Assembly: GCA_951406725.2 (NCBI GenBank)
Contig: OX597816.1
Coordinates: 125,364,001 to 125,428,000, forward strand
Length of the DNA stretch: 64,000 nucleotides
Origin: Octopus vulgaris
Lineage: Eukaryota
Direction of reading: 5' to 3'
Shown: positions 24,160 through 38,559 of the stretch, piece by piece
How positions within the stretch are numbered: the first letter of the stretch is position 1
Layout of the letters: the number at the start of each line of letters is the position of its first letter
Notes under the pieces: model-generated
The model's database searches: none
Seen by the model: only the letters and a program-made list of their open reading frames with translations
What the model was told of the DNA's origin: nothing
Position numbers and translations under genes: made by a program

Positions 24160-24350
24160 TCGAGGTGAGCTGGCATAATCGTAATCACGCCGGGAACAAA
24201 TTCTTAGTTTAAATTTGTCTGCGGTCGACTTTGCCTTTCAGTCTTTCGGGTGTCTATAAACCGTACCAATTGAGTACTGGCGTCGAAGTAATGAAATAGC
24301 CCCTTACCCTAACATTGATGGTTTTGTGCCAACACTGGAAACCAATATTA
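24160..24350 (+). mobile_element. Old SINE, same family as 20239-20635
   Basis: GGTCGACTTTGCCTTTCA..TTTCGGG..GAGTACTGG core. Confidence 0.65.
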
Positions 24351-24985
24351 GTGACATAGCTAGATAAGTAACTTTGCTTAAATATGTGTACAATACTAGT
24401 CAGGAAGAGGGTTCGAAAAAATTGAACTTTGGGAGTAACGATATCAAATAATAGTCTCATGAGATCATTTAATAAAATGCATACGAGTGAAAAAGAATGC
24501 TGAAATGATGGAAAAGGTAATAAAACTGACTTCAGTCTACTTAACTGGTCCAATTGCTGCTTATGTCCAGCCACACAGACCTATTACCCTGGGATAGTTT
24601 CCGACTACACATATACACATGTTTAAACCGTTCTGCACACCGTTACACCGTCTTCTGGTTCAAGCTAACCCAAAGATATGTAAACTAGGTCACCGTCGAA
24701 GAACGGCTTTTAGGAGTGCGTCCAAGAAATTCTAGCGTCTCTTATGTCTACTACATATATATTTAATTAATTGAGGTTGTTGCGTAAAAATTCTTATTCC
24801 CACTGCGAGGATCTTTTGCGTGTTTTCTTGGATGAACAACATCCGCACCACTATTTTGACTTCTGACCAATTCTTGTAAGTGGTTGATCTCAAGTTACTG
24901 ATTACACCATACATCTTCAGGATTTATATTTATTTCAGATGGGACATTGATCAAAGTCAGCGTAGTTACCCACTTTTGCTTAAAG

Positions 24986-25659
24986 TACGAGGTAGTATTA
25001 CAATGTTCCAGGACTAGCTCTGTAGCCCACTAAAAGATGGCAGCGCACGGCTGCGTACGCCATGAGAACTGGCTGTGACCTTCATGAGGCAGTGTGCTGA
25101 GTGATATTGATGTGCTTCATTCGTATGTTGTAAAATTTATGTTTCCTGATCACATGTACGATGTAGTCGGTGATTTTGCCAAACTGTTAATAAATAGTTC
25201 TACTTCGACGTTTTAAAGTGTTTGGAGGACAACATTCGGCGAAAGCGGTCGGATTTGTGGAGTGCGAAAAAGTGGATTTTTCACGACGACAATAAACCCT
25301 GTAACCGAGCTCTCCTCACGTCTGTGTTTCTCGCCAAAAACAACACGGTATTGCTTCCGCATCCACCCAATTCGCCAGATTTAGCGCCTGCGGACTTCCA
25401 TAACATCAAAATAAAAATGCAGCTCAAATGACACCGTTTTAACACTGTTGTCGAGATCCAGAGCAAGTCGCAGAAGGTTCTCGACTTGCTTACAGAAAAC
25501 GACTTCCATGGCGGTTTCCAACAATGGGAAGAACGTTAGGATCAATGTATTGCTTCGTTGTGGCGTTTGTATTTCGAAAGAGATGATGCTAAAACATAGG
25601 TAAATAAGTTATTTCTTATTAAACATAAGTAGTCCAGGACCTTCTGACACTACCTCGTA
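24986..25659 (+). mobile_element. Internally deleted mariner element with TIRs
   Basis: TIRs TACGAGGTAGT..CCAGGACTA and TAGTCCAGGA..ACTACCTCGTA with TA ends; ORF 25222..25431 reads WIFHDDN..HPPNSPDLAPADF. Confidence 0.85.
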
Positions 25660-28600
25660 CATCATTAATAAATGCTTTTCAGAAGAAAATGGATGTGTTG
25701 ATATTTAAATCACTATACCAAATCCCGTTGGCCTCTTCACGTGGCATACGAAAACATCTTTGTTTTTTTTGTAAATATTGATAGTGAAGGTAGTGTTGAC
25801 ATAAGTTCTAAGGATGTTGCTTTTGTTGGTGGCGGAAGAAATGGTGGACACAATCTCGCTGGTGGTGTTCTTAAAGTCATTTGTAACCTTCATGTAAACA
25901 GGAGACAACTATTACCGTCTGTGCACATCTAATTTACTTGTTGCTTGTAAGTGGAGTTATTTTAAAGTCGGTATAGCTGTCGAACAAAAGTCTTCAAAAC
26001 AAATTAGCAAACTACGTTTGAATATTTGGTACAGATAGCGTAAGAGAGAGAATAGAAACTATAGTTTGCTTTTCTGGATATATAGTCCTCATTACAGTAA
26101 ATATGTAAAATCAGTTGAGAGCTATAGATACTACAAAAGAATAGCATTGGACATTATATTTTCTTTTGTAGACTACAGTAAAGTTATAACATTCCGAGAT
26201 CACCATGTCCTCCACAAAAAATATTTTTAACCAAGCCTAACTATGTCTCTGTGTATATATTATTATTTTGTTTATGTTATACGTAATTATAGAAACCTAT
26301 AAATTCTTGATTGAAACTATATTCACAAAACTACTATTTTAGAAACTTGGCATTTATTCAGAAATCAGAAATTGATTAACTTTTTCAAAACTCTGACACT
26401 TTCTTAGGTAATATATCAGTCGAAGTTGTTGATAGTAGGAAGAAGAAGATTGAAAAAGAAAAAAAAGAAAAAACTAAAATCGTGATATATGCTATCGAGT
26501 AAGCGAGGGTTATAGAGTAGATGTAAGTCAAAACCAAACTGATGAGCGATCCGAATTTTATTCTCAGTTGTAACTATTTATGTTGCTAGTAAACATGGAA
26601 AAGGTTTAAACGACATGGCTCCAATATATCAGCTTACTAAATAATTTACTGACAGCTTGGCGTAGAAATGAGTGGGGACTTCATTGTATTCTCCCTGAGG
26701 ATACAATGAAGATACTATTAAATTATCTTATAAGATAGTATGAAATCATCTGTAAAAATTGTACATTAATATATACAACTTAGTGTACAGCTAGTGGATC
26801 CGATGGACAAGGAAGAATTTCAGCCTGTGCAATTTCAGTTTGTTCAATACTTTTCCGATATCAAACTCCGAGCGAGTTTATTTTTACAACTAACTAATAT
26901 CTGAGTATTGAATCAATTATGTAAGTTCATGAATATGAAAGGCAGCCTTTTTGTCTAATAAACTGTAGCAATATAAATCGTCGTGCATAGTAAAATTTAT
27001 AGAGTAGACGTAAACTTTGATAAAGAATGTACGACTCCGATACAATTTTAGTTTCGTGCGATTTCATATGAAATACATAATGCCTCAGAAAAAGTTTACA
27101 TGCTCTTATTTTTCTATTTCTGAATCTCACATAATCTTTTATAAAAATCAGTAACATTTTGCTGGTATGTTGTCGTCTAATTTCTTTCTCTCATTCTTTG
27201 TTTCAAATTCCAAACGAAAAGTTTACAAACAATACAAACATACCGTTATGTATTCTGATGCATTGTGGTAAACTGGCATAGATCTCCTACAACATCAGTG
27301 AAATATATTTGTCAGAAACATATAATGTGAAAGAGCGATGATTAATAGAATTGACATCTGAGTTTGACTTTCATTGCAACAATATGCATTTGTGTCACTC
27401 TAGCAAAGTAAAGGATATTAAAACATATTTATTATTGATATTGATATGTTCAACAGTGGCAGAAAGTAAAACACTACTTGCAAATGTCAAAGTTGGTCAA
27501 TGGATCGGCTTGATTTGACATAAAGTCACTTTTGAAAATATGTAATTACTTGGTCGTGTGCTGTTACAGATATAATTTGTGATTATTAATTCGATATTAG
27601 AAGAATGCAGAGTTGACGGCTGACGATATGTAACAGTAGAAATATATTACAGTATTTAATCTCACACGTTATTTCAATCTCAGATTTAGCTGTGATGTAC
27701 TTTTCGATTTTCTTTCTCTAGAGTGAGTAAAAAGCATAATTACTAGATTTATCCTGTTATATAATCACCTGCACCCACTTCCATTTGAAAATTTACTTTG
27801 GGACTGAACGGAGTTATAGCTGTTTCATTTGAAATGTAGCAAAGTCTCCATACCGTTGTAGAGCCAACTTAGAACCATAATATTTGAAGCATTTAGGTTC
27901 TATATTCCAATTCCACCGATTTCGATTTAATCTTAATACCCTTTAATAAAAAAAGGCCGAAATAAGCATGTCGTGATAACAAAAGAAATTCTTATTAATT
28001 TGTTATGGAAAGCACTGTAAAACACCAGTAAATCTGTGGTGAGAATTGTTCTTAATTCATGCTTGAAACTAACGTCTTCATTTAAGCTGCTTGACATGCG
28101 AAGTTATTACCACTATTGTATTCATATATTAAAGGCACATAACCTTAGCTAATAAGTATGTTTGTTAAATGTAAGGGAAACATTTTCTGTTCCCCATTCT
28201 TAATTGTTTCGTACATAAATTCCAGAATATATGGAGGGTTTTCACTAATCCAATCACTATAAAATCGGTATTTAATATACTGCTATAAACTGGAGGTTTC
28301 CAAGTAATTAATATGGTTCGTAATGACATCAGCTGTAGTACTGAAACGCTCGCTGAAACAGTATAGCAGTTTTATTTCACTGTTCTAATGCTGCTTATGA
28401 TATTTATGCATTGAGGGTGTTACTCAACGAGAGTTATGGATACATACAAAGTACTGGTACAACTCACATGACAAGTAAAATTAACCTCTATTTGATTAGC
28501 TCAAGTTTTTCAAGTTCGTAGCATACATACTTAATGTGAAATAAATGACAAGATCAAGTTGAAATACCAGTCAACCTGGTCTTATCAATGAATTTCACAC

Positions 28601-29479
28601 TACCGCAGTATAGTGTTCCCTCATCAGTGAATATATCCTATCGATATTCTTAAAATTGCTTTAAAGTAATAAACTTATTGATAACTTCTACAAGTAGATG
28701 ACATACGATATTTTCTCAAATTGATATCAAACTTGTTCTGTAACAATTCTGAAGGTTTTCCTACGGTGAAAATTGTTGTAACGAAATTGTGAAAATCTAG
28801 CAGTGTATATACATGACATGATATTTTCTTACAAGAATCCATCGTTATGGTCATGTAAGAAATCTATTTACCAAAGTAAGTAACAGTATGTATTGCTTTA
28901 GATAACTTAGGAACATACTTTCTTGACACAACATAACGTGTATAAATCATGTATAAATCCTTGAATATTATTAAATCTCTAGCACTACACTATCTTTTAT
29001 CGCAATACTTGATTAGTAAGTTCTACTTGAGTACATCTTATATTTTCTAGTCTAACATATTGTTGTGTAGACGACACATAACGAATGATCTAACTTGTAT
29101 GTTTGACATTACTTTCTTCTGAAGACCGTCTCTTTAAAACAACTGGAATTACTAACATAGACATGAATCGTTATGTTAAAATGTTTGCACAGCGCAATTA
29201 CTAAACTAAACATTTCAGAGAAATGAAAAATCGGCTTCACAAGTAAATTTGCCAAAAATTTATAAAAACATACTATTTATTAGAAAATTACTCTTTGATT
29301 AGAGAATAAATAACACGGAGACAGCATCTGCAGGAAAAATAATTTATGTAATGGAGCTAACTGGAAATTATTCTCTATATTAAACATATTAACACTAACC
29401 TAATCATTACATTTCATGCAAAGGCGTCTCTGAGATATTCATTTCTCAAACATTTCTCTAAACATTTAGGAATTATGTC

Positions 29480-30340
29480 ATTTGGAATCTTATTCGACAT
29501 TATACAGCAACTTGAATAATGACCACCACCAGTTCCACTTCTGCAAAGACAAACCCACTGGAAACAAACTCTTTTTGTACACTGAATATCAGGCTCTCGC
29601 TTTAGGGAAGGTCGGTAAGATTAATGTCGTTCCTAGAGACATCAGCTTTCAACCGTGTCTGGCATGTAGGTTTGCTATCAGAATTTCTAGTTTCCTTTCA
29701 TCTCTCATCTCTCGTCTTTTGAACCAGTAATTTCCTGTCACTTACACCTTAATTGCTGAACAAGATTCGAAGCGCTTTCTGTTTCACTCAGTATACACTT
29801 CTGTTTCTAGGAATAAGTTTTCTCCAATCTCATCGTTCTGTATATCAATGAACTAATTTCTACCACGTTCAGCAACATCCATTTTATGCAGGTCACATCT
29901 CTTTTCATTCTCCCTTATATCTTTTCAACCATGTACCATCTACACACTAAACTTATACCTATGTCGATTACATAAACAGAAACCTTGAAAGCATATATCA
30001 CTGGGAATACGTCATTTCATTCAACTGTAAAATATTAAAAGAAATAATCATATAAAATACCATAAGTCCTCTAAGCATGTTAGCACTCAGCTGTCGTCTT
30101 CCCGGCGGTCCCAAATGCTGGGATTCTCTATTACCGAGGATCTCTGGTACCAAACGTACACCCTTAGTACATGATTGGCACCACATGTCAAATAGTTGTC
30201 CCTCTTCTCAGGACCAGAATTTGGTGAAGCTTTAAAATGTTCAACTGGTACCTTGAAAGGAGTACTGATCCCACAAGCGGCTGCTGTTAAATATTGTGAT
30301 ATCCTGGAATGCATCCAGAGAAAGGCCAGAGCACCACAAT
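29480..30340 (+). mobile_element. Ancient jockey/CR1-type LINE RT relic
   Basis: Frameshifted motifs DIS.AFNRVWHVGLLS, QMLGFSITEDL and EY*SH..DILECIQRKA. Confidence 0.6.
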
Positions 30341-32384
30341 GCTTTTGGTGGGCAGAAAATGTTAAACCTACTGCGACTTCCTCCGGAATTAAAATATATT
30401 TAAGGTGAGGTCTATGCTCAGAAATTGATGTCAAAATAAAATTGATATAAAAATAAAAGGACCAGTAATTGTCCCTGTAATTACCAAAATATCCTGAATA
30501 TTTTTAGTTCTCGATTATTATTATTTTCTTCTCTACACATTTATTTTTAGATACCACTTTTAATTTTCAAAGTAATATATATACAAATGATTTATCATTT
30601 CATATACTAAATCTATATATTAAGTATTTTCGACTTTATCTGATTTAATGAGTTTCGTAAATATTTCTTACAAATTATTGCTAGATGGAAATTAAAGTTA
30701 TTAATGTTGAATTTCATGCCCACTGTTACATTAACATATATATATTTTCCTTCTTTAACATATATATATTTTCCTTCTCATGTAAAATTGTTGGTTGTTG
30801 TTGCTGATGAAATTAGATATTTTTGTTCGGTTTGAATAGAACTATTGTATTGGAGTAGTCGTTATTTTTAATGGCCTAGTCAGGAGAGTAGCTACGTCCA
30901 TCACCCTTTCCAGGACATCCATGGCTGAAAGTATGAAGAAAGGAAGTTATCCTGTACCATAAACGTGTCCCAAATGTCTGCAAGAAAATGAAGTCTGCTA
31001 AAGATATCCGACTGTAAAGTGGCGTTGTTAATTCAGTGCTACCTATGTTGAATCGGAACAATCCCTTTAAGGAGATTCTTCGTGATACTTGTCCATCAAG
31101 TTCTCTTCATAATGCTTTAGCCGACCCAATCTTATGTCATAAGACACATGCTAATGCTGCTGTGGATTAAGTCCTAAATCACTTATTGAGGAAGTTAGTC
31201 TCTGAACCACACAGCCTTTCAGTACAGATACATAAATGATCATATTAATGCATCTTAGCATTATGTAACCACTGTGATAACTAAGTTGTAAGATTACACC
31301 CCAATTTTCTGTTGTGGCGTACTACATTTCCTTAAACTAATAATATTGCTTAACACTGTAACACAAGTAATGCGTACAACACTACACTGAAATAGACTCA
31401 GTCGCATACGCTAAATTTGAAGTAGTATCTTAGGACATCTTCAAAGTAACTTTCAAAGAGGGACGTGAAAAGAGGAGCAATTAAAATTGTGATAAATACT
31501 ATTGGAATAATACATTTAACTGTTTACACTCTACAAAATATCTTGCTTTAAAATGGTACGTACCTAAACGTCAACGTCTAGTGCGTCTCAGTATTTTATA
31601 ATATGTTATATATATTTTATTATATAAAAAGTATTTTAATATGATTTCTACGAATATATTTTGATCTGATGAGACAGAATCTTCCAGCTATAAAAAACAA
31701 AAAAAACTCATACATATACGGAAAATCTGGTGTTTTTCAAAGAAACAAGATGTCACTTTAACGAAATTCAGTGATGTTTTAGTTAGCTGTATGAGATTTG
31801 TTGGCAGCTTATAATCAGATAAAAAGAGTCAAATATTTTCCACTTCGCTATACTTCTTGTTCAATATTTTGCCTATATCAAATAACTCCAGATTTATGAA
31901 GCATTTAAATACTTTCTGACATTTTTCGTTATGGTGTTTCATTCATTTTTACTGACAAAATGACTTGCTTTGATTTACTTTTCTTTAATTTCCTTCAAAA
32001 TCATGCAGAATGACCACTTCATTGTGTTGCTTGTCTTTATCAGCCAATTTTACATTTGTTAGAATTCTGATTAAGGATTCAAAGGAAACATTTGAGTTAA
32101 GTGTAATTGCATTTACCTTTAAGAGACACGTGTACTTTCTTGTAAGATATGAAAATCGCTAACTGTATATAGGGGAGTCATTGGCATATAAAATTTTAGA
32201 CACTGTAAAGATTACCCAGACAATATTATTATTTGGATTTGTTCGATAATTGATGGGTAAAATTACTGTGCTGAGTGGAATATGAATTTGTTTTGCATGG
32301 TTATTAGATTTTAGATCCAAAATCACAATTGGAAACGTTTTATGTTTGTGAAGATTAAACGAAAACGCTGAAACACTAGAAAAA

Positions 32385-32768
32385 AATCAACCCCGTACTT
32401 ATTTTTAAAGTCTGCTCCTTATTTTATGTTTCTCTTTTGCAGAAACGCTTAGCTATGGAGACGTACACAAACCAATATTGGTTATCAAACGGTGGGGGTG
32501 CATAAACAAACTTACTCACGCACACACACACACACACACGCACGCACACACGCGCGCGCGCATACGCATAAGCACACACACACACATATATAGTTAGAAA
32601 GATAGAGAGAGATACGATGGGCTTCCAGACATTTTCCGTCTTCCATATCCTCTCAACTGGCATTGGTCAACCAAGAGTTATAATAAAAGACACTTGCACA
32701 AGATAACATGCAGTGGGACTGGATCCGAAAAAACGTGGCTGCAAAGCGGGCATTTTAAACACACAGCA
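32385..32768 (-). mobile_element. Old OR-like SINE
   Basis: The reverse complement is similar to 16255-16600 (AAGACACTTG, GCAGTGGGACT, internal CA repeats). Confidence 0.7.
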
Positions 32769-33113
32769 TATAATTATGTGTGAGAAAATAAATAATTTTC
32801 ACGAACGGTTCAGGCTATAAAACATCGAAGCTGATTTCAACGTTGCATTGAATTGAAAGTTAATTTTATGATGATTTGGTTAAATATTTCAATTTGTTCA
32901 TGTCACCATCGATCTGGTTTGCAAGTTCATGTTTAAGGATTTATTGATTATTTACAGCATCTAATATAAATAGAACTTCCGGGATAAACTTGAACTCCAG
33001 TAACAGCATTTATTTATAGCAAATGTGCACACTTCTACAAAAATGCACAAGGAATTGTTATATAAAGTAAACAAGAAATTAATAGAAACAATTTTTAGAG
33101 TATTATATATTCC

Positions 33114-33310
33114 CATTTCAGGGTTACGTTACTTTCGGAGTATTTTCCCATTATGCACAGTTTTGGCTATTTATGGTGGCACCCAAAAACACCGCGAAAG
33201 TTGTTTTATTCCGTTTGTATTCACATTTCAGGGGTACCTTTCTTTCAGAGTATTTTCCCATTATGTGCCGGTTTGGCTGTATGAAATAACAGAAAAGCAC
33301 GCACGCAAGT
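33114..33310. repeat. Two imperfect ~85-bp direct repeats, period 110 bp
   Basis: Exact core GAGTATTTTCCCATTATG at 33138 and 33248; CATTTCAGGG at 33114 and 33224. Confidence 0.8.
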
Positions 33311-36300
33311 AAGCAATCACAGAGTTTTAGTAGTGTATAGATAACGAGTCTTGATCGATTATGTAAGTGTTTCTATAATATCACTTTCAATCATTCAAAC
33401 CATTCTAAAATATGAATGTTAGTTTGAGTTTGGAGGACGTAAGTGTATTCCTTATGAAAAGTGAGTGTTGAATTTCAACGCATTCTTTCTTTCTTTTATC
33501 GGCGCTAATAATAAAATTTATTGAATTGACATAAATTTCCTAATCAAATAAGGGATATAAATTTCATAGAGAAATTAATATAATATTTTGCTTGTTTTAA
33601 TCTGTTTTCTGAATATTTGTATCAAATAATTAAAGGTTCTACAAGTACATGGATTTTATATCACTTAAGCTAGTGATGCTAGAATTATTCATTGTGTTGA
33701 GACATTTTGCACATTTAGAACCTGTATAATATAATTAATCGAAAATGTATCACTCTGATAAAGATAAACAATAATACTGATTATTTACCAGGCTAAATTT
33801 TGCCAAAAAGTGAAGAGGGGCGTTGTCGAGTCCTATTCACAAGAATACTATTGTAATAAAATCTGAACTAAAGAAATTTCAACTCACCTTTAGAATCACA
33901 TCCAGCTTGTTAATGTCTAACATTTACACTGTTCACTGCCCATTAATCATTATAATACTATACACACGAATAGAGACTATCAAAAGGTAAGCAATACGTT
34001 CACAATGATTTAGAATCATAGCTCAGATGGAATTTAATTTTGAATTTATTTTATCTCACTTACATTGAACATACTCTTGATAAAGCATTTTACAATCACA
34101 ACATAAATCTTATTCCGTATTTATTTTCATATTGTGTATTATTAATATTTTTGGACTAACGTTTACCTTGTTCTCTTGACGTCTTTCATGTCACAAGAAC
34201 CAAATAATGTATATTACATTCTCTGCGTCGATTGCATTGTCTAGTGATAACTTAATCATGGCAACCTGTATCATAAGCAGCAGTTTGCAGAAGTACTCTT
34301 CTTCCTGAACCATCTGACATTAATGAGTTTGAGGCTTTTATGCCGTGTAACATTGGCTGCAAATATATTTCACCTCTGACACGTTCGCAATAAATAAGCT
34401 TATAATTTACGTATTAATCCATACACAAAATTGCAATGCTAAACCATCCAAATGGTTCATGTGCATCTACACTGCTTCTATGTTGGCAAAGAAAATAGGC
34501 TACAATAAATGGAGAAAATCGTCTGCTGTACTTAACCAGTAACTGTTCACCCATCATAACAACACATAAAAGTTAACTATCAGTATAGCTAAATAATGTC
34601 TTAACAAAGGATTTATCAGCCTCGTCCAAATTGGAGTAAGTCCTTCTAGCCCCTTGTATGACTATCGCTACCAATTTTGTAACATTTTTTTGATTGCCAC
34701 TTTTTAAAAGCATTAACTTTCCTGAAAAGACAGCCATTACATTTTCTACCACTTTATTATCATTTCCGTCATATAAACTCATTCACCATAAGACCATCCT
34801 CATCCACTTCATAACAGCTTGTCAAAAAAACTATGCTTGTAAACATGACCATGCATTCCTGTCTTATTTTTATTTCTCATTTTTGTTTACTTTAGATAGT
34901 GTATCGCTTTTATTTCCGTTTGTTTCAGTCACTCTGGTTTTGTTTCCCTTTCGTAATCTCTGTTTTTGTTATATCCTTAACTCACTTACTTGTTGTACAC
35001 ACGTGTATGCAAAATTATATCACCCTTAACACCAGGTGTTTTTTTCCTGCCTGACCCAAGAAGCCTTACAACACTAATTTCATGAACTTAGCCTAAAAAA
35101 AACTTCCTCTATTAAAAACATAATAATCTGTCCTCATTCAACGACAGAAAGGCATAGATACTTCCAGTATTAACAAAACACACCAACAACACTACATCAT
35201 ACTTATATAAGATCAGTTTGCAGTCAAATCATTCACAGCATCTTCACCTACTAGACGTTAACAATCGCTTGTTGCCTCTCGCGAAGATTAAACTTTTCTA
35301 AATTAGCTAAAACTGCATTTCGAGTCCAAGCTTCTAACAAAAGGTATTCTTTCATGACACAGGTGCAACGATAACGCAACTCACAACATAATTCAATACC
35401 ATTTTAAATTATTTTGAATTCATCATGCTCTAGAAGAGCAAAAGTTTGCAACAAATTTTTAAAAAATTTGCAAAATATAGCTCCGATAAATGCTATAGTT
35501 ATCCAATCGATTAAAATCTACACTGAAAATTAATGGCTAGCACCAACTAAGAAGATTATATTTTGCAAGATCAATACTGTAAGAAAGTGCTACGAGCTTT
35601 TATCACAAAATTTCTGGTCTGTACTTTTTGTGATTGCACTCTGCAATGGAAATGTGTGAGGCTGGCGATTATTAGTAGCCAGCCCATTGCGTGTTGAAAC
35701 AGGTTTTATGCAACAAACTCTACAACAGCTTTTTAAACGTGAAGTAGATTTTGACAGATCCAAAGGGTGGGCGTTCTTCATACCCTGCCGTGACTTTGTC
35801 TTATTTTAATTGATGCTGGTTAAAAGGACTTTTTTCTGCATTGTGCTTGATATTTCGGCGAAACAGTCAGATCACAATGTAAGTCCCCCAGGGTGACATT
35901 TCCAATGACATGATGCCTAAATATAAATGAGAAATTAATTAAATTATCTACTGGGGAATTGATATACCTGGATCTTTCTGATATGATTTTCTTACGTCAC
36001 TTCGAATAATAAGCAAAATAAATATATATATTTTTTTTATTCATGATTTGTTAAACAGATCGAAATAGGAATAAATCAAATATCTGCGAAAAGAGGAACA
36101 AAATATTTTCATCTAAAAGCATATAAATTTTAAGTAACCTAGTTTAGAGTTGGAATTCTGTAATATGAAGATTAGAAAACACATCACAATCTAACAGTGT
36201 TTATTAAAACAAATAAACAAAATTACATTCAATAATGCCGACTATCTCAATGTTTTATCGAACCGGTTTATAAATATAATAAATGTTCGCACTTCCTTCG

Positions 36301-36569
36301 TGCATGCTCGAATCGATTAGATACATTGGCCAGTACGTTCTTTAAAAAAGGTGAGGCAAGTATAAAGCATGCCTGTTTCACCAATTTCGTCTAGAGTTAT
36401 TACTGAATAGAAAACATTGTTTTCTTAAGATATATTGCAGCTTGCGAGAAGTATTTTTTCTGGAAGCTAGAAGATTACTCGTCACTCTGATTATCATAAA
36501 AATCAATATTAGTTTCTTTTTATGCATACGCAAAGAGAACAGTCTTCTTTACAGCAGGACATAAATGTA

Positions 36570-37097
36570 GTACTATCTATATATATGCAGATGTTCTGAG
36601 ACACACACAAGCAGACATAACTACACAATAATAAACTCGAATACACACACATACACACAAACACGTACACACTTGCATGTTTAAATATATATATATACAC
36701 GAATACATACAGTATATACACGTATATATATATATATACACACACAAACACTCACACACGTATATATATATATATTTGTATTAATGTGTGTCTATATGAA
36801 ATATACATATATATGAATATATATATATATATTTATAAGTATATAAGATATATCCATACGCAGATAGAGGGGAAATGTTTGTTTCCAATCTCAATATATT
36901 TTTATTTACCTAACTTACATCTACACTCGCACACAAAAAAAACTGTCTCGTACAGGGAATGTAAATGTACACAGATGTACACAATTTTATATGTGCGCGT
37001 GTGGCTATGTACATATATGTATATATGTACATATATGTATATATGTACATATATGTATATATGTACATATATGTATATATGTACATATATGTATATA

Positions 37098-37153
<56 letters not shown>

Positions 37154-37450
37154 TATGAGTAGTTGGGCTTGTGTAGTAGTATATATTAGATTTAAGATAG
37201 GTTTCTTGCATATAGCTTGATTGTATTATTCATTCGTATACACAGTCCTATATAGAAGTGAACTGTGTGCATCTCTCCCTCTCTTCCTGTCCCTCTCTGA
37301 AATCTACATATACATACACACATATATACTGCAGATATACATGCGTAGATATAGTCATACATGTGTATGTGTGTGTATGTGTGTGTGTGTGTGTGTGTGT
37401 ACGCATGCACAGATTCACGCACAGTTATGTATGTACGTATATGTACACAT

Positions 37451-37487
<37 letters not shown>

Positions 37488-37490
37488 ATT
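36570..37490. repeat. (TA)/(CA)/(TG) microsatellite field including an 18-bp minisatellite ATGTACATATATGTATAT (~37007-37100)
   Basis: Seen directly. Confidence 0.9.
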
Positions 37491-38559
37491 TCATGTATCT
37501 AGATAATCTTCTTGCTCGACAGTTATCGCGGCGCCTGCTGTTATGTTCAATCATGCAGTCATGGTGAGCTGTTTGTTGTTCTATTTCTTCCAATCTTTTG
37601 ATTAAGTCAGATTGACATCTCCATTTATAATAAAACCATAAAATCATTCTCGTCTTTTTTTTATAATACTCTTTTAGCATATACAACTCTTTCTCCCATT
37701 TCCCAATATATTTTTGGATCTATTTTAAATACGCAGCGTGTTATTACTGAGTTCTTTATATTCTGAGTACTGTCTGATAATATGCATAGTAAAGCCTCTT
37801 TGTAACATTTCTTGGATTGTTTTATACGAATGGCTAATTAATAACAGGAAAAAATGTCTATGTTTAATATTTCTCGAAACAAACTATTATAGCAGTTTAA
37901 TGAAAATCTATGTGATTTTTTTTCTTGAACAGAAAGAGACAACATTCGAATAGGAAGCAGAAAATAATAGAAATTCTGTTTTAAATTTATGTTTATTAAG
38001 GTAGTATATTATTGTTACTTTTAAGAAATATAACTTAATGAATGCTACATTGGCAACGTTTTGTAAGCAGTAAATATAAAAGATATGCAGTTGCTAATTA
38101 ACACTGCTTAATTAGGGATAGTACCTTGTGCGCAAGAAATAGACAGCTAAAAGCTAAATCTGAGAGTAAAATTTTGAAAATTGATTCAGTTTCTTAATAA
38201 TTAATCATAATCATCAGAAGCTAATGTAAGAATATTAAGTAATTTTCCTTATTGAGTAAAGAAAAACTATAGTAGCAGACAATATATTTGACATTGATTT
38301 TGGCTAGCTGAGATAGTAAAACGCACGAATGCAGGCACACATACACACACATATATACGTGCAATCGTGAGTGTATATATAATATTCATTACATCGTATG
38401 TATGTATATGTATAATATACATATACGTATACATGCATGCATATATATATATTTATATATTTATATCTATGTGTGTGTGCATATATGTATGTGAGGGTAT
38501 ACACAGGCAAACATGCACGAGTACATGCATATTCGTGTCGCGTGCACGAGAGTGCCTTT

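Noticed and set aside
26539-26560. CTGATGAG hammerhead-like core (also at 31666 and 59837)
   Set aside because: No stem II followed by GAAA and no stem I pairing; these are chance matches.
30212-30404. Apparent host exon (polypyrimidine-CAG acceptor, open frame, AG/GTGAGG donor)
   Set aside because: The sequence contains LINE RT remnants (EY*SH, DILECIQRKA) continuous with the RT relic at 29480-30150, so it is better explained as an old LINE. Exonisation cannot be excluded without RNA data.
34573-34782. Short ORFs in unique DNA (also 25705-25932, 35590-35781, 47280-47513, 58822-59121 and 60550-60756)
   Set aside because: No recognisable domain or consistent splice structure, and the lengths are expected by chance. 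BLASTx or RNA-seq would be needed to exclude small exons.
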